A stretch of 64,000 nt of DNA from an uncultured Methanosarcinales archaeon (lineage in GTDB: Archaea; Nanobdellota; Nanobdellia; Woesearchaeales; JAGVZT01). Under the pieces are notes generated by a model. That model ran no database searches, was not told the DNA's origin, and saw only the letters and a program-made list of their open reading frames with translations. Shown in pieces: positions 36,168 to 45,669 of this stretch (position 1 is the stretch's first letter; each line of letters begins with the position of its first letter). Made by a program: the position numbers and the translations under genes. The DNA lies in assembly GCA_964354685.1 (NCBI GenBank), contig CAYHAM010000005.1:9942-73941 (forward strand), given 5' to 3'.

Positions 36168-38975
36168 TTATGCTGTTATGGGAGTATTTAACCTCTGTGC
36201 CTTATTTTCCTTTTTTGCAGATGTTATTTGCATCAAGATTTGCTTTGCCTCTGTGCTGTCTGGGTTTATTTCTAGAATCGAGTTTAGAGTTGATATAGCT
36301 TCTTGAAGGCGGTTTTGTTCAGCAAACTCTTTTGCTTTTTTTAGTTTTATATTTGTGAGCATATTTAGTCTCTCTTTTTTTCTGTCAACTGATGGTTGTG
36401 TTTTTGTTTCTAGTTTTGGTTCTTGTACTTGAGTTAAGGTTGTTGGTTCTTCTAGCTTTTTGTGCTCTGCTTTGATTTCCTTGAGCATTTCCCTCAACTC
36501 GTCTTTGTCTTGCTCTCTTGTGGAGTTATGCAACATTTTTTGTACATCCTTGAAGTTCGGGTCTTGTTTTTTTATTTCTCTAAATAGCTTTGTAGCATGG
36601 TAATAGTCTTTTTGTTCATAGTATTTTTTTGCATCTTTGTAAAGATCTTCTAAACTCTTTGTGTGGATTTCTCTTATTGGTGCTTGCTTGGTTTGGTGTT
36701 CTATCTTTTTTGTTTGCTTAATTACCATGGGTGTTTGTTTTGTTCTCTTTGGATACAATTGTAGGGGTGTTTCAACCCTTGTTAGGGTTCTGGTTTCTTG
36801 TTGTGATTTTACATTGGATATGCTTTTCTGGTATATATCTCTAGCTTCTAGAGGTTTGTTCTGATATTCTATCATGGATTGTCCTGATTTTGCTATTGGG
36901 TTGTTGGGCTCAAGATTCAATACTCTTTTAAATAGGTCTTGTGCAAGGTCAAGGTTGTTTTTGTTTAGATGATACTCTGCTTGGGATAGAAGATTTTTTA
37001 CAAGTTGTGGTGTTGAAGTTTTTGGCATCACAGGTTGGCTTCTGGAAAGTGGTTGAGGGGTTGTGTAGTAGTCAAGCTTTTGTCTGACAAAAGTGAATAG
37101 GTTTTCATCACCAACACAGACGCTCATGAGGGTGTTGTAAAGGTTGCTTGTTTGTTTTAACAAGAGGTTAAGCTCCATTGGATTGTTTTTGTTTTCATCA
37201 AGCTGCTTTGCTTTTTTGTACATATCTACCAAGTTTTGGAGCTTTGAAACCTCTTGTCTGAGCTTTGTATTCTGCTCCACGAGCGAAAATGGCAGATTAC
37301 CATAAATTTGTTTTATTTTTTCATACTCTGATTCAAATATTTCAAATTGTGATTCTTCTATGAATTGGTGCGCTTTGACTATCAAATGAACGAGTTGCTT
37401 GTATTTTTTGTCAGCAGCCTCATCAAATTCCTTTAAAACAGATTCATCTGATTTTAATAAGATTTCTCTGTACAAATCAAGTATCTGGACCCTTAAAGCA
37501 GTGTTGTGTTGCAAGAAGCCTTGTGGTAGAGAGGTATAGTTGTGTTCAATCTCACGGTGTATGCTTTCTGCAATCTCTGTTTCACCGATTTTCAAATGCT
37601 CTTTTGCTTTTTTTATCATAGAGTTTATCTTTTGTGTCCCCACCCCTAAGGTTGTTATGTGTTGTTGGTTTAATCTTCTTGTGATCTCTTTGTGAAGGTC
37701 TAGAATTTGTTCCTCAAGGTCAACTTTTGTTTTCAAAAATCCTGCTGGTAATTCAGTGTATAATCCTTTTAGTTGTTGGTATTGTTTGTCTGCTTCCTCA
37801 ACAAGATTTTTGTTTAGCAAATCTTTGGTTGAGATTAGCAATGATTTTATCTTTTGTGTGTTTTCTGCCACTTTCTTTGCAGAGAGTTCCTGTTTGTTTG
37901 AAACAAGCACAAGTGAAAGTTGTAATATTTCTCTCTCAAGCTGAGGATGGTCTTGTAAAAAGCCTTTTGGTATTTTGTTGTAGATCTTCCTAAGTTCTTC
38001 ATAGTTTTCAAAAGCCTTGTCAATGTGTCTTTCGTTTAGATCTGTTTTTATCTCCTGTACCAATATTTCTATTTCACTTGTTTTTGTTTCTATGTATCTT
38101 GTTATAAGGTGATTTTTATGTTTTACAAGAGTTTGGTAGGTGTCTAGAATATTGTTTTGGAGATGTGTTTTTTGTATCACAAAACCGTCTGGGAACCTTG
38201 AGTAGAGCTCTTCAACCTCTTTGAAGATTGATTCTGCTTTTTTGATATCCTTTTTTATTAATGAGAACTTTATTCTCCTTAACTCTGAGCTTATTAATTT
38301 TGATAGAAGATTTGCTTGCTTGGCAGATGCTCTATGCAGATTTATTGACATATCCTTGTTGAGCTTTGTTAGGTTTGTTTCTAGTTCCTTTTTCATTTCT
38401 ATAAAATTGGTTGGCAAGCCTTCATAGTTTTGTTTTATCATAGAATAAACATGTTGTGCACTTTCAAAATCACCTTTTTCAATGAATTCGTAAGCTTTTT
38501 CTAACAGATCATTCAACCCTTTTGTTAATTCTAGGTTTATCTCTATTGGCTTGAGTTCTGGCTTTGATTTTTTGAATCTTTTTGTAGAGATTTTTTCTGT
38601 TGTCTCGAGTTCTGTTTTTTCTTCAGCTTTTGGCTCAGCTGTTTTTTCAACAAGGTAAGGTGTTGTGAGTTTATATTTCACTGAAATAATTCCCTCCTCT
38701 TCTAAAAACCCTGCCCATGCCTCAATCGTTGCTAAACTAACTTTAAGTTGCTTTGCTGCATCACTCATAGAAATCTCTTTTTTTGTTTTTACAAGATCAA
38801 CTAGATCATCAACATCAGTTGTGATAACAAGATCAGAAGTGATTGTATGTAGAATTTCATTTGGTTTAGGCTCTTCCATTTTCGCTAACGCTCTTTTTAT
38901 TTCCACTATACTAGTATCTATATTGTATATAAGAACCACACTAGTATATAAAAGTTTTGATGGTTGATATAGCAA
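36168..38975 (-). CDS. Winged-helix N-terminus + long coiled-coil protein with six or more ~65-aa Y..LP.GF repeats and C-terminal TPR-like region (pilus-operon lead gene)
   Basis: wHTH-like AAKQLKVSLATIEAWAGFLEEEGIISV. Repeats (LYTELPAGFL, NYTSLPQGFL, IYGNLPFSLV, NYEGLPTNFI). TPR-like AEYHLNKNNLDLAQDLF. Confidence 0.45.
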   Translation of the reverse strand: MLYQPSKLLYTSVVLIYNIDTSIVEIKRALAKMEEPKPNEILHTITSDLVITTDVDDLVDLVKTKKEISMSDAAKQLKVSLATIEAWAGFLEEEGIISVKYKLTTPYLVEKTAEPKAEEKTELETTEKISTKRFKKSKPELKPIEINLELTKGLNDLLEKAYEFIEKGDFESAQHVYSMIKQNYEGLPTNFIEMKKELETNLTKLNKDMSINLHRASAKQANLLSKLISSELRRIKFSLIKKDIKKAESIFKEVEELYSRFPDGFVIQKTHLQNNILDTYQTLVKHKNHLITRYIETKTSEIEILVQEIKTDLNERHIDKAFENYEELRKIYNKIPKGFLQDHPQLEREILQLSLVLVSNKQELSAKKVAENTQKIKSLLISTKDLLNKNLVEEADKQYQQLKGLYTELPAGFLKTKVDLEEQILDLHKEITRRLNQQHITTLGVGTQKINSMIKKAKEHLKIGETEIAESIHREIEHNYTSLPQGFLQHNTALRVQILDLYREILLKSDESVLKEFDEAADKKYKQLVHLIVKAHQFIEESQFEIFESEYEKIKQIYGNLPFSLVEQNTKLRQEVSKLQNLVDMYKKAKQLDENKNNPMELNLLLKQTSNLYNTLMSVCVGDENLFTFVRQKLDYYTTPQPLSRSQPVMPKTSTPQLVKNLLSQAEYHLNKNNLDLAQDLFKRVLNLEPNNPIAKSGQSMIEYQNKPLEARDIYQKSISNVKSQQETRTLTRVETPLQLYPKRTKQTPMVIKQTKKIEHQTKQAPIREIHTKSLEDLYKDAKKYYEQKDYYHATKLFREIKKQDPNFKDVQKMLHNSTREQDKDELREMLKEIKAEHKKLEEPTTLTQVQEPKLETKTQPSVDRKKERLNMLTNIKLKKAKEFAEQNRLQEAISTLNSILEINPDSTEAKQILMQITSAKKENKAQRLNTPITA

Positions 38976-39056
38976 AAGTTTAAAAATGAATATTGAGAAG
39001 TTATGTATAATAATAAAAACAGTTTATATGTTTTTTTTTGAGCAAATAAGGATTTT

Positions 39057-39662
39057 TTGAATATGGTTGAAATAAAAGCGTTTAATAAATGGAGTACAGA
39101 TGGAATAGAGGTTAAAGACCTTGGTTTAAGGGGTTATATAACCTTAGAGCCAAAGATAGTTCCAAAAACAGGCGCTAGATATGCTAAACAGAGGTTTTAC
39201 AAGTCTAAAGTATTTATTGTTGAGCGTTTGATTAATAAGCTAATGGTACCTGGGCATAAGGGTAAAAAGCATTTTAAGACTTCTTATAAGAATACTGGCA
39301 AGGGGCATACTGCCTATGACCTTGTTGAGGAAGCTTTGAAGATAGTTGAGGCTCGTACTAAGAAGAATCCAATAGAGGTTTTGGTTAGGGCTATAGAAAA
39401 CGGGGCTCCAAGAGAGGAGATTATCACTATAGAATATGGTGGGGCTCGTTATCCAAAGGCAGTTGAGTGTGGACCTCAGAGAAGGGTTGATTTGGCTCTT
39501 AAGAATATGGTACAGGGTGCATATCAAAAAAGCTTTGGAAAAAAAATGCAGTCTGCTGATGCTTTGGCAGCAGAGATTGTTGATGCATATGAGAGCCAGG
39601 TTTCTTCAATGGCTATTTCTAAGAAGCATGAGCTTGAAAGGCAGGCAGATGCTTCTAGGTAG
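39057..39662 (+). CDS. rps7: Ribosomal protein uS7 (S7p/S5e)
   Basis: Archaeal S7 signature ARYAKQRFYKSKVFIVERLINKLM. About 200 aa. Confidence 0.8.
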   Translation: MNMVEIKAFNKWSTDGIEVKDLGLRGYITLEPKIVPKTGARYAKQRFYKSKVFIVERLINKLMVPGHKGKKHFKTSYKNTGKGHTAYDLVEEALKIVEARTKKNPIEVLVRAIENGAPREEIITIEYGGARYPKAVECGPQRRVDLALKNMVQGAYQKSFGKKMQSADALAAEIVDAYESQVSSMAISKKHELERQADASR

Positions 39663-39709
39663 GGCTTGGTTCTATTTATTTTTAGTATTTATTATGGTCC
39701 AATTTAAAA

Positions 39710-39755
39710 CTAGCGAGTTGCATGTGTACAATTACATGTTCTGCAACTCGTGGTG
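39710..39755 (+). repeat. Hairpin element copy F (stem variant GAGTTGCA/TGCAACTC)
   Basis: CTAGCGAGTTGCATGTGTACAATTACATGTTCTGCAACTCGTGGTG. Confidence 0.65.
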
Positions 39756-39772
39756 CTATATCTTGTATTTGC

Positions 39773-40687
39773 TTAAGTGATAAAGTTTATTCCTAATTTT
39801 TCAGCAAGTTCTATAACTTTCTCAAACTCCTCATGCTTTAATCTTCTGTTTATGTCTTCGTGTTCTTTTGCCCTGTATTCTGGTCTGTACTGGTCCATTA
39901 TGTTTACAACTGCCTTGTCTTTGAAGTTTTCTGAGATAAATTCCAGGATTGGTTTTGTGCAGCATTCAAAATGGTTTGGCAATACTAAATGGCGTATTAC
40001 TAGTTCTGAATCTTTGAATGCCAATAAGTGGTTTCTTTTTACAGTTTCTAGATAGTTTGGAGCCTTGCTTAGTCTTTCAGCGCATTTGTTGCTCCAATAC
40101 TTCCAGTCGCTTAGGTAAACATCAACTATGTCTTTTAGCAGTTCCATTGATTTTTCTGACATGTAGAAGTTTGAGTTCCACACAACTGGCATGTTGGAAT
40201 GAACGTGCTTTAAGGTTTGTAGAATGAATGGCAAATTGGGTGTTGGCTCTCCTCCCACAAGGTTTATGTTTTTGCAATGAGAGTTTTTGTCAATTATTTC
40301 TGCTAAATCTTTTGGCAAAAACATTATCCCTGTCTCTAGTCTTTGGCTAATGGTCCAGTTTTGGCAGAATTGGCAGCTGAATGTGCATGACCAGAAGAAT
40401 ATTGTAAAGCTGGGAACAAAGAAGTATTCTTCTCCTAAATGAGTAAAGTATGAATTGACAATTGCTTTATCACCCACTTGGCAAAAGCCTTTTTCTCCTT
40501 TTGTTCTGATGGCATGACATTTTCTTTCACAGAGTTCGCAGTTTTCTATGATTTTTAGTGCTTTTTTTATTTTTGGGTCTAATAATCTATAGTTTGTTTT
40601 GAATTTTGGTTTTGCTTTGTCATTTAGAATATCATAGTAATTCTTTAATGCCGATCTTACTTTTAGGTCTTGTTCTGTGGTGACCAT
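39773..40687 (-). CDS. Radical SAM enzyme, PflA/AmrS-like activase family
   Basis: CTFSCQFCQNW (C-x3-C-x2-C) and GGEPT glycine-rich motif. Confidence 0.55.
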   Translation of the reverse strand: MVTTEQDLKVRSALKNYYDILNDKAKPKFKTNYRLLDPKIKKALKIIENCELCERKCHAIRTKGEKGFCQVGDKAIVNSYFTHLGEEYFFVPSFTIFFWSCTFSCQFCQNWTISQRLETGIMFLPKDLAEIIDKNSHCKNINLVGGEPTPNLPFILQTLKHVHSNMPVVWNSNFYMSEKSMELLKDIVDVYLSDWKYWSNKCAERLSKAPNYLETVKRNHLLAFKDSELVIRHLVLPNHFECCTKPILEFISENFKDKAVVNIMDQYRPEYRAKEHEDINRRLKHEEFEKVIELAEKLGINFIT

Positions 40688-40725
40688 AAGAGAAACTAAG
40701 AATTAGAGATTTATAAAGGTTGTTT

Positions 40726-41460
40726 TTAATCTTCCTGTTTAAGCTTTCTTTTTTCCTTTACTGCAAACTTATGCGCTAATCTTACTGGCTCTGGGAGTTT
40801 GTTGCCTTCTTTAAGACAATACTTGGTTATTTCTAAACTTTTTTTTAGACTTACCTTGTGGCCAGGGCTCACGTATAATGGCTTTGCATGGTGTTTTGTT
40901 TCTAACAAAAATGCTCTTTGCTCGTTATCAATAAAAACCTTGCCTTGTTTTACTTCTCCACATAGCAATTTTTTTGCCACTCCAATTGTTGGTATATCTA
41001 GCAATAATCCAACATGTGATGCACAACCAATTCTTCTTTGGTGCAAGATACCATTTGCATCGCACATTAGTATGTCTGGTTTGTTTTCTAAAAGATTAAA
41101 TGCCTCAACAATTGGTGGTGATTCGCGATAGCTTAAGAATGTTGGAATATAAGGGATTTGGGGTTTGGTTATGATATGTTTTTCTTCTATTAGTTCAAAT
41201 GTTTTGTAGTCAAGAACAACCACAACTGCAACCATCTCATTTTCAGTATAAGCTAGGTCACAGCCCCCAATAGTTCTAATCTCAGAGAAATCATCCTTTA
41301 CAATTACCTTTTTTGCTAGTTTGAGCTGTTCCTCTTTTAGCTTCTTGATATCCATGTTCTCCACCCTTTTGGTATATAAAAAAGGTAGAAGTTTGGATAT
41401 AAATATCTTTTGTTTTGTTACTATCTTGTTGGGACTAATGATAAAATAAAAGAACTTCAC
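40726..41460 (-). CDS. nfi: Endonuclease V (deoxyinosine 3'-endonuclease); true start probably the internal Met (MDIKKLKEE, near 41355)
   Basis: GGCDLAY and YIPTFLSYRE motifs characteristic of Nfi. Confidence 0.7.
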   Translation of the reverse strand: MKFFYFIISPNKIVTKQKIFISKLLPFLYTKRVENMDIKKLKEEQLKLAKKVIVKDDFSEIRTIGGCDLAYTENEMVAVVVVLDYKTFELIEEKHIITKPQIPYIPTFLSYRESPPIVEAFNLLENKPDILMCDANGILHQRRIGCASHVGLLLDIPTIGVAKKLLCGEVKQGKVFIDNEQRAFLLETKHHAKPLYVSPGHKVSLKKSLEITKYCLKEGNKLPEPVRLAHKFAVKEKRKLKQED

Positions 41461-41858
41461 TACTTAGGTGGTTGCATATAGCCCTGATTATACAGATGGT
41501 TGTAAACTAATGCTCTCAAATGCATATTATCCCATGCTTGTGGATTTTGGTCATCCAATTCTCGGTCCTCCAATTTATGTACAACCAATGACTTCACAGT
41601 TTCAGAAAGAACATCGTCCTTGTCTAGTTGACCTGAATAAACCCTAAGAAGAGCTACATTAACCAGTCTAGATACGACTTGATATTGTCTACCTCCTATA
41701 TTAAGAGTACCATACTCTTTAATTGCTGTAACATTAGGTTCTGTAAAAATCTCATCAGCTGGGTTCGCTAAAATCTCACATAAAGATTTAACATCTCCTC
41801 CTGACAATTCTCCTAGTAGTTGAGAAAAAAATCCAACATAAGCTCGTTTATCTATCAT
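41460..41858 (-). CDS. Hypothetical protein (132 aa)
   Basis: ORF only. Confidence 0.3.
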   Translation of the reverse strand: MIDKRAYVGFFSQLLGELSGGDVKSLCEILANPADEIFTEPNVTAIKEYGTLNIGGRQYQVVSRLVNVALLRVYSGQLDKDDVLSETVKSLVVHKLEDRELDDQNPQAWDNMHLRALVYNHLYNQGYMQPPK

Positions 41859-41881
41859 TTTGGTTCACGTTGTGAAGGTTT

Positions 41882-42379
41882 TTATTGACTCTCTGCACCT
41901 AATTCTCCACCATGGAAATCAGTTATTTGAGATCCATACCTTGAACTGCGCCAATCATTAATCTTTGTTTTAGCCTTTCTGGCTAAATATGGAATTCCTA
42001 CACGAACTGAGTATGGAACTCCTACACGAAAAGCCTTACGCACATTCTCAAAGAGCAGAACTGCTCCTGTTGCTAATCCAGCCTCAACTATGAGCTCTTT
42101 ACAATTGTTAGCGTATTGTACATAAGGTGCTATGAATGCATAAGCCAAAAAAATCTTTGCTCCAGTAGTAGGATTAATTGCATTTTCAACCCAACCAACT
42201 TGTTCTCTTCCTCTATTAACCAAGGCTTCAACAGTCCCTGCTGCAGCACTTAATCCAACGATACTTGCAGTATACCTTCCAATATCTCCAATACTTGGAA
42301 TAACTTCCTGTATTATATTCGCCTCTTGGAGATGATTTATCATATCAGTAAGTTCATTTGTAGCTATTAATCCACTCAT
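41882..42379 (-). CDS. Hypothetical protein (165 aa), Gly/Ala-rich
   Basis: ORF only. Locally higher GC. Confidence 0.3.
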   Translation of the reverse strand: MSGLIATNELTDMINHLQEANIIQEVIPSIGDIGRYTASIVGLSAAAGTVEALVNRGREQVGWVENAINPTTGAKIFLAYAFIAPYVQYANNCKELIVEAGLATGAVLLFENVRKAFRVGVPYSVRVGIPYLARKAKTKINDWRSSRYGSQITDFHGGELGAESQ

Positions 42380-42523
42380 TTTTAACCACCCTTTAATGAT
42401 AAAAATAACTATTAGAAAAGGAGAGTTGTATATAAAGGTTTGGTTTTTTATAATTCAGATATTTTGTGATTACTTATAAATAGTAATATTTAGAAAAATT
42501 TATATATATGGGAAAATTCCCAA

Positions 42524-43252
42524 GTGAATATGGATATCTATGGAGAATTTGTTGGAGCATGGTCTTTGGAAGAGCTATGTGACAAAGCTGAGTCTCCACA
42601 AGATTTTGTTGATATATATGAAATATTCAAAGATATATTCCACATAGTACAAGGATATCGAGGATGGTATAAATCAACTTTACCCGTACTAGAATCAAAA
42701 TCAGATTTAATGATCAGGGCCATATTGATAGAAGAGGGGTATAAAACACTTCTCAGGGATTATTTAATGCTTGCCAAATTGGCTGGTGATGTTGAGGATA
42801 TGCAGGTTGATAGTGAAGGAAATGTTATGAGATTAAGATTATATGGTCAAGATGAGGGTTATGTGCCTATATGGCCTATCCAGTTTGAGTCTTTGGTTTT
42901 TGCTGCTTATATTATGCATGAGATAGGGGTGGCATATTTTAAAAGTGAGATGTATGAAAAAGCTTTTGGATTTTTTCAAAACGCTATTTTGATTGAAAAA
43001 GAGGCAGGCATGGTTTATGATGATGATATTGATGGATTCGTGAGGCTGTGTAATCTACCTAATCAGTCTGAGCTTAAGCCACGTGAATTAGAATATATCA
43101 AAAAAACACTGGGAGAGTTTAGTGATATGTTTGAAAGAGATAGGAAAATAAACTTTGATAACTTAGTGGATTTAGCAGACCCAGCAACATTGGGTGAGGA
43201 TGATCCTTTAAAGATAAGATATAGGGGCCCAATTATAAGAGAGAATAATTAG
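42524..43252 (+). CDS. Hypothetical protein (242 aa)
   Basis: ORF only. Confidence 0.3.
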   Translation: MNMDIYGEFVGAWSLEELCDKAESPQDFVDIYEIFKDIFHIVQGYRGWYKSTLPVLESKSDLMIRAILIEEGYKTLLRDYLMLAKLAGDVEDMQVDSEGNVMRLRLYGQDEGYVPIWPIQFESLVFAAYIMHEIGVAYFKSEMYEKAFGFFQNAILIEKEAGMVYDDDIDGFVRLCNLPNQSELKPRELEYIKKTLGEFSDMFERDRKINFDNLVDLADPATLGEDDPLKIRYRGPIIRENN

Positions 43253-43275
43253 GTTTCTTGATTAAATTATAGAGG

Positions 43276-44511
43276 TTGGATTATAAAATGAAACGTCTGA
43301 AACGTCCAAAACTCTCTTTTTTGGAAAGAGCAGGAATGGCTTTGTCAGCTGGATTTTTTTGTTTTGGTATATTTTATTGTGGGTTGGAATTGTATAAAGC
43401 AAGACCAGTTTCAGCACAAATCGACAAAACACCTACTCCGACTGTTAGTTTTGAAAGAACACCAACTCCAGATTTTCCTCTTCCTAGCCCTACTTATCCT
43501 GCTGATCCTACATCAACAAGCATAATAACACCAACTCCTACTATAACCCAAGAGAGTATAGATGATGTTGTTGAGCCTCCTACTCCAACACCTACAGTTT
43601 TAACTTTAGATCAAGCAAATGTTTCACAAATACCTGATTTAGGTATGGGTACAGAGGTTCAAAATGCTTACTGTAAGATAATTGTTCCAAGGAGTGTTCT
43701 TATTAATCCAACCTTAGCTGATTGGCCAAATCATGTTTTCAAATATCAACATATGCAGCCTGGTTGGATAGTTGATATTGATAGATTGCATATTGAAGAG
43801 GGTCAGAGGTTTTGTGAAGGAGATTATAGGATTTGGGCAAGGATAGATATCAAAAGTAATACAAATCAAGAGCTTGATCAAGGCTGGTTTTTGGTAAGGG
43901 ATAATGACGAGATATCTGCATTGTGTGGGAAGTGGTTGGTAGAAGGGGAAGACTTACAACAACGTGTTAATCAATATCTAGCAAATCATTCTGGGCTTAG
44001 CAGTTTTGATTATAATAGAAATGGTACCTATACTATCCATTTTAGAAATCAGGAAGAGGCTCTTTTGTGGACTTATATTTTATCAGAGGGTAATTATGAT
44101 CCAAGTATACAGGCTTTACCACAACCATTTATGCAACAACAGTATGATTTGGCTGATGGAGCTATATTGAATGTGTTACAAAATGACATGGAACTTCACA
44201 ATGATACAGTTGTTGCAAGGCTTGCTTCTGGCAGGTATTATGGTGTTTTATATGGTGACCCTTTCAATAATTTATACATACAATCATTGAATCATCCATG
44301 GGATATTACAGTTAGTGCAGCAAGTATTAGCCCAGAGCGTGCTGAAAGGGTGAGGGCAATAATTTCAATTGAACCCCAGGTAATTCCAGATGGTCTCTAT
44401 ATTTACATTATTAATCCGAAATATGATCACGTTAATATGCCTGAGGTACTTAATTTACTAAGAGCGCTTTTGGAAGGACCAATAGGACTGCATTGCTATG
44501 GTAGTGCTTGA
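43276..44511 (+). CDS. Membrane-anchored extracellular protein with Pro/Thr-rich linker (411 aa)
   Basis: N-terminal TM. TPTPT.. linker. Confidence 0.35.
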   Translation: MDYKMKRLKRPKLSFLERAGMALSAGFFCFGIFYCGLELYKARPVSAQIDKTPTPTVSFERTPTPDFPLPSPTYPADPTSTSIITPTPTITQESIDDVVEPPTPTPTVLTLDQANVSQIPDLGMGTEVQNAYCKIIVPRSVLINPTLADWPNHVFKYQHMQPGWIVDIDRLHIEEGQRFCEGDYRIWARIDIKSNTNQELDQGWFLVRDNDEISALCGKWLVEGEDLQQRVNQYLANHSGLSSFDYNRNGTYTIHFRNQEEALLWTYILSEGNYDPSIQALPQPFMQQQYDLADGAILNVLQNDMELHNDTVVARLASGRYYGVLYGDPFNNLYIQSLNHPWDITVSAASISPERAERVRAIISIEPQVIPDGLYIYIINPKYDHVNMPEVLNLLRALLEGPIGLHCYGSA

Positions 44512-44619
44512 GAATTCTGGTTTTATCAATAATAAATTAAAAAATAAAAAGGCTCCCTTAAATCTTTTCCGAGAGAGGGGTTAATGGGGTGGTAAAGAAG
44601 ACAGCAGGGAGCCTTATGA

Positions 44620-44982
44620 TCAGGATTTGCCAAACTCTTCTATCCACATCTCAGCTATCTTTTGAATAGCTGAGGCAAAGTTTTTTGATAGTGAATATGT
44701 TCTTTTGTACATGTCATAGTTTACTATGCCCATCGCCTTCATTGGAGTTAGTATACGATCATAAAATTGACGCTTGTTGTATGAGATGTTTTTGCCTTCA
44801 TGCTTGATTTTGCCCTCATGCAAATCAGTGGCAAAGCTTGACATCTCTGCCTTGTTAACAGAGCCCTTGTGCTGTTTTATATATTTAATAAGGAGCTCTG
44901 CAACTACCTTTTGTTGCTCAGTTGCAAATATTACCTCATATACACTCTCTGGTAAGTTATACTGATCAAACAAAATAACCAT
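44620..44982 (-). CDS. Hypothetical protein (120 aa)
   Basis: ORF only. Confidence 0.3.
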   Translation of the reverse strand: MVILFDQYNLPESVYEVIFATEQQKVVAELLIKYIKQHKGSVNKAEMSSFATDLHEGKIKHEGKNISYNKRQFYDRILTPMKAMGIVNYDMYKRTYSLSKNFASAIQKIAEMWIEEFGKS

Positions 44983-45140
44983 GATATTTGGATAAGAAAG
45001 AATACTAGTATATAAATGTTTCTATTTGAGATATTAGTATAGTAAAATGTATATTAAATATTATATTGGTGTAATAGTTACTTATAAGTAACAATAAATC
45101 AAAAGATTTATAAAGATGAATTTTTAATAGTTTTTATTAG

Positions 45141-45659
45141 TTGTTCAAAATGACAAAAATAACACCTGAACAAGCACAGAAGATCTTAGAAGAACATCCA
45201 GCTGATAGTGATTTCTTAAATGCCCATCTAAGAGCCATCATAGACGGAACATTAGCCGAATACTATATCACCTTACTTAAAGACTCAAAAGACTATTCAG
45301 ATGAATTACCTCAAGGAAGATCTGTTGGTCCTTGGCACCCTGATTTCCCTTTTATGAAGTGTAGAGGTAATATAATAACATCCATAAGTCTTCTCCTTCA
45401 AGGAGTAATTGGTGATGGAATTATCCATGATGAAAGTGTAATTAATATAATAGAACAATATGTAACTCATGAATGGAATGCTTTTAGAGGAAAAAAATAT
45501 TGGACAACACCAGAGGAAATACAATTAATTAATGATACAATAGATGCTGTTATTGCTTGTATTGAACAAACACACACATTAGATCAGGATAAAATACGAT
45601 CAATTAGTGAAACACTAAATACTGCGAAAGCTCTTGAATATAATAAATGGTATGTTTAA
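45141..45659 (+). CDS. Hypothetical protein (172 aa)
   Basis: ORF only. Confidence 0.3.
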   Translation: MFKMTKITPEQAQKILEEHPADSDFLNAHLRAIIDGTLAEYYITLLKDSKDYSDELPQGRSVGPWHPDFPFMKCRGNIITSISLLLQGVIGDGIIHDESVINIIEQYVTHEWNAFRGKKYWTTPEEIQLINDTIDAVIACIEQTHTLDQDKIRSISETLNTAKALEYNKWYV

Positions 45660-45669
45660 GTACAAAAAG

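Noticed and set aside
41460-45660. Integrated provirus or plasmid hypothesis for the hypothetical-gene block
   Set aside because: No integrase, capsid, terminase or replication-initiator motifs. No flanking direct repeats or adjacent tRNA. Retained only as a compositional anomaly.
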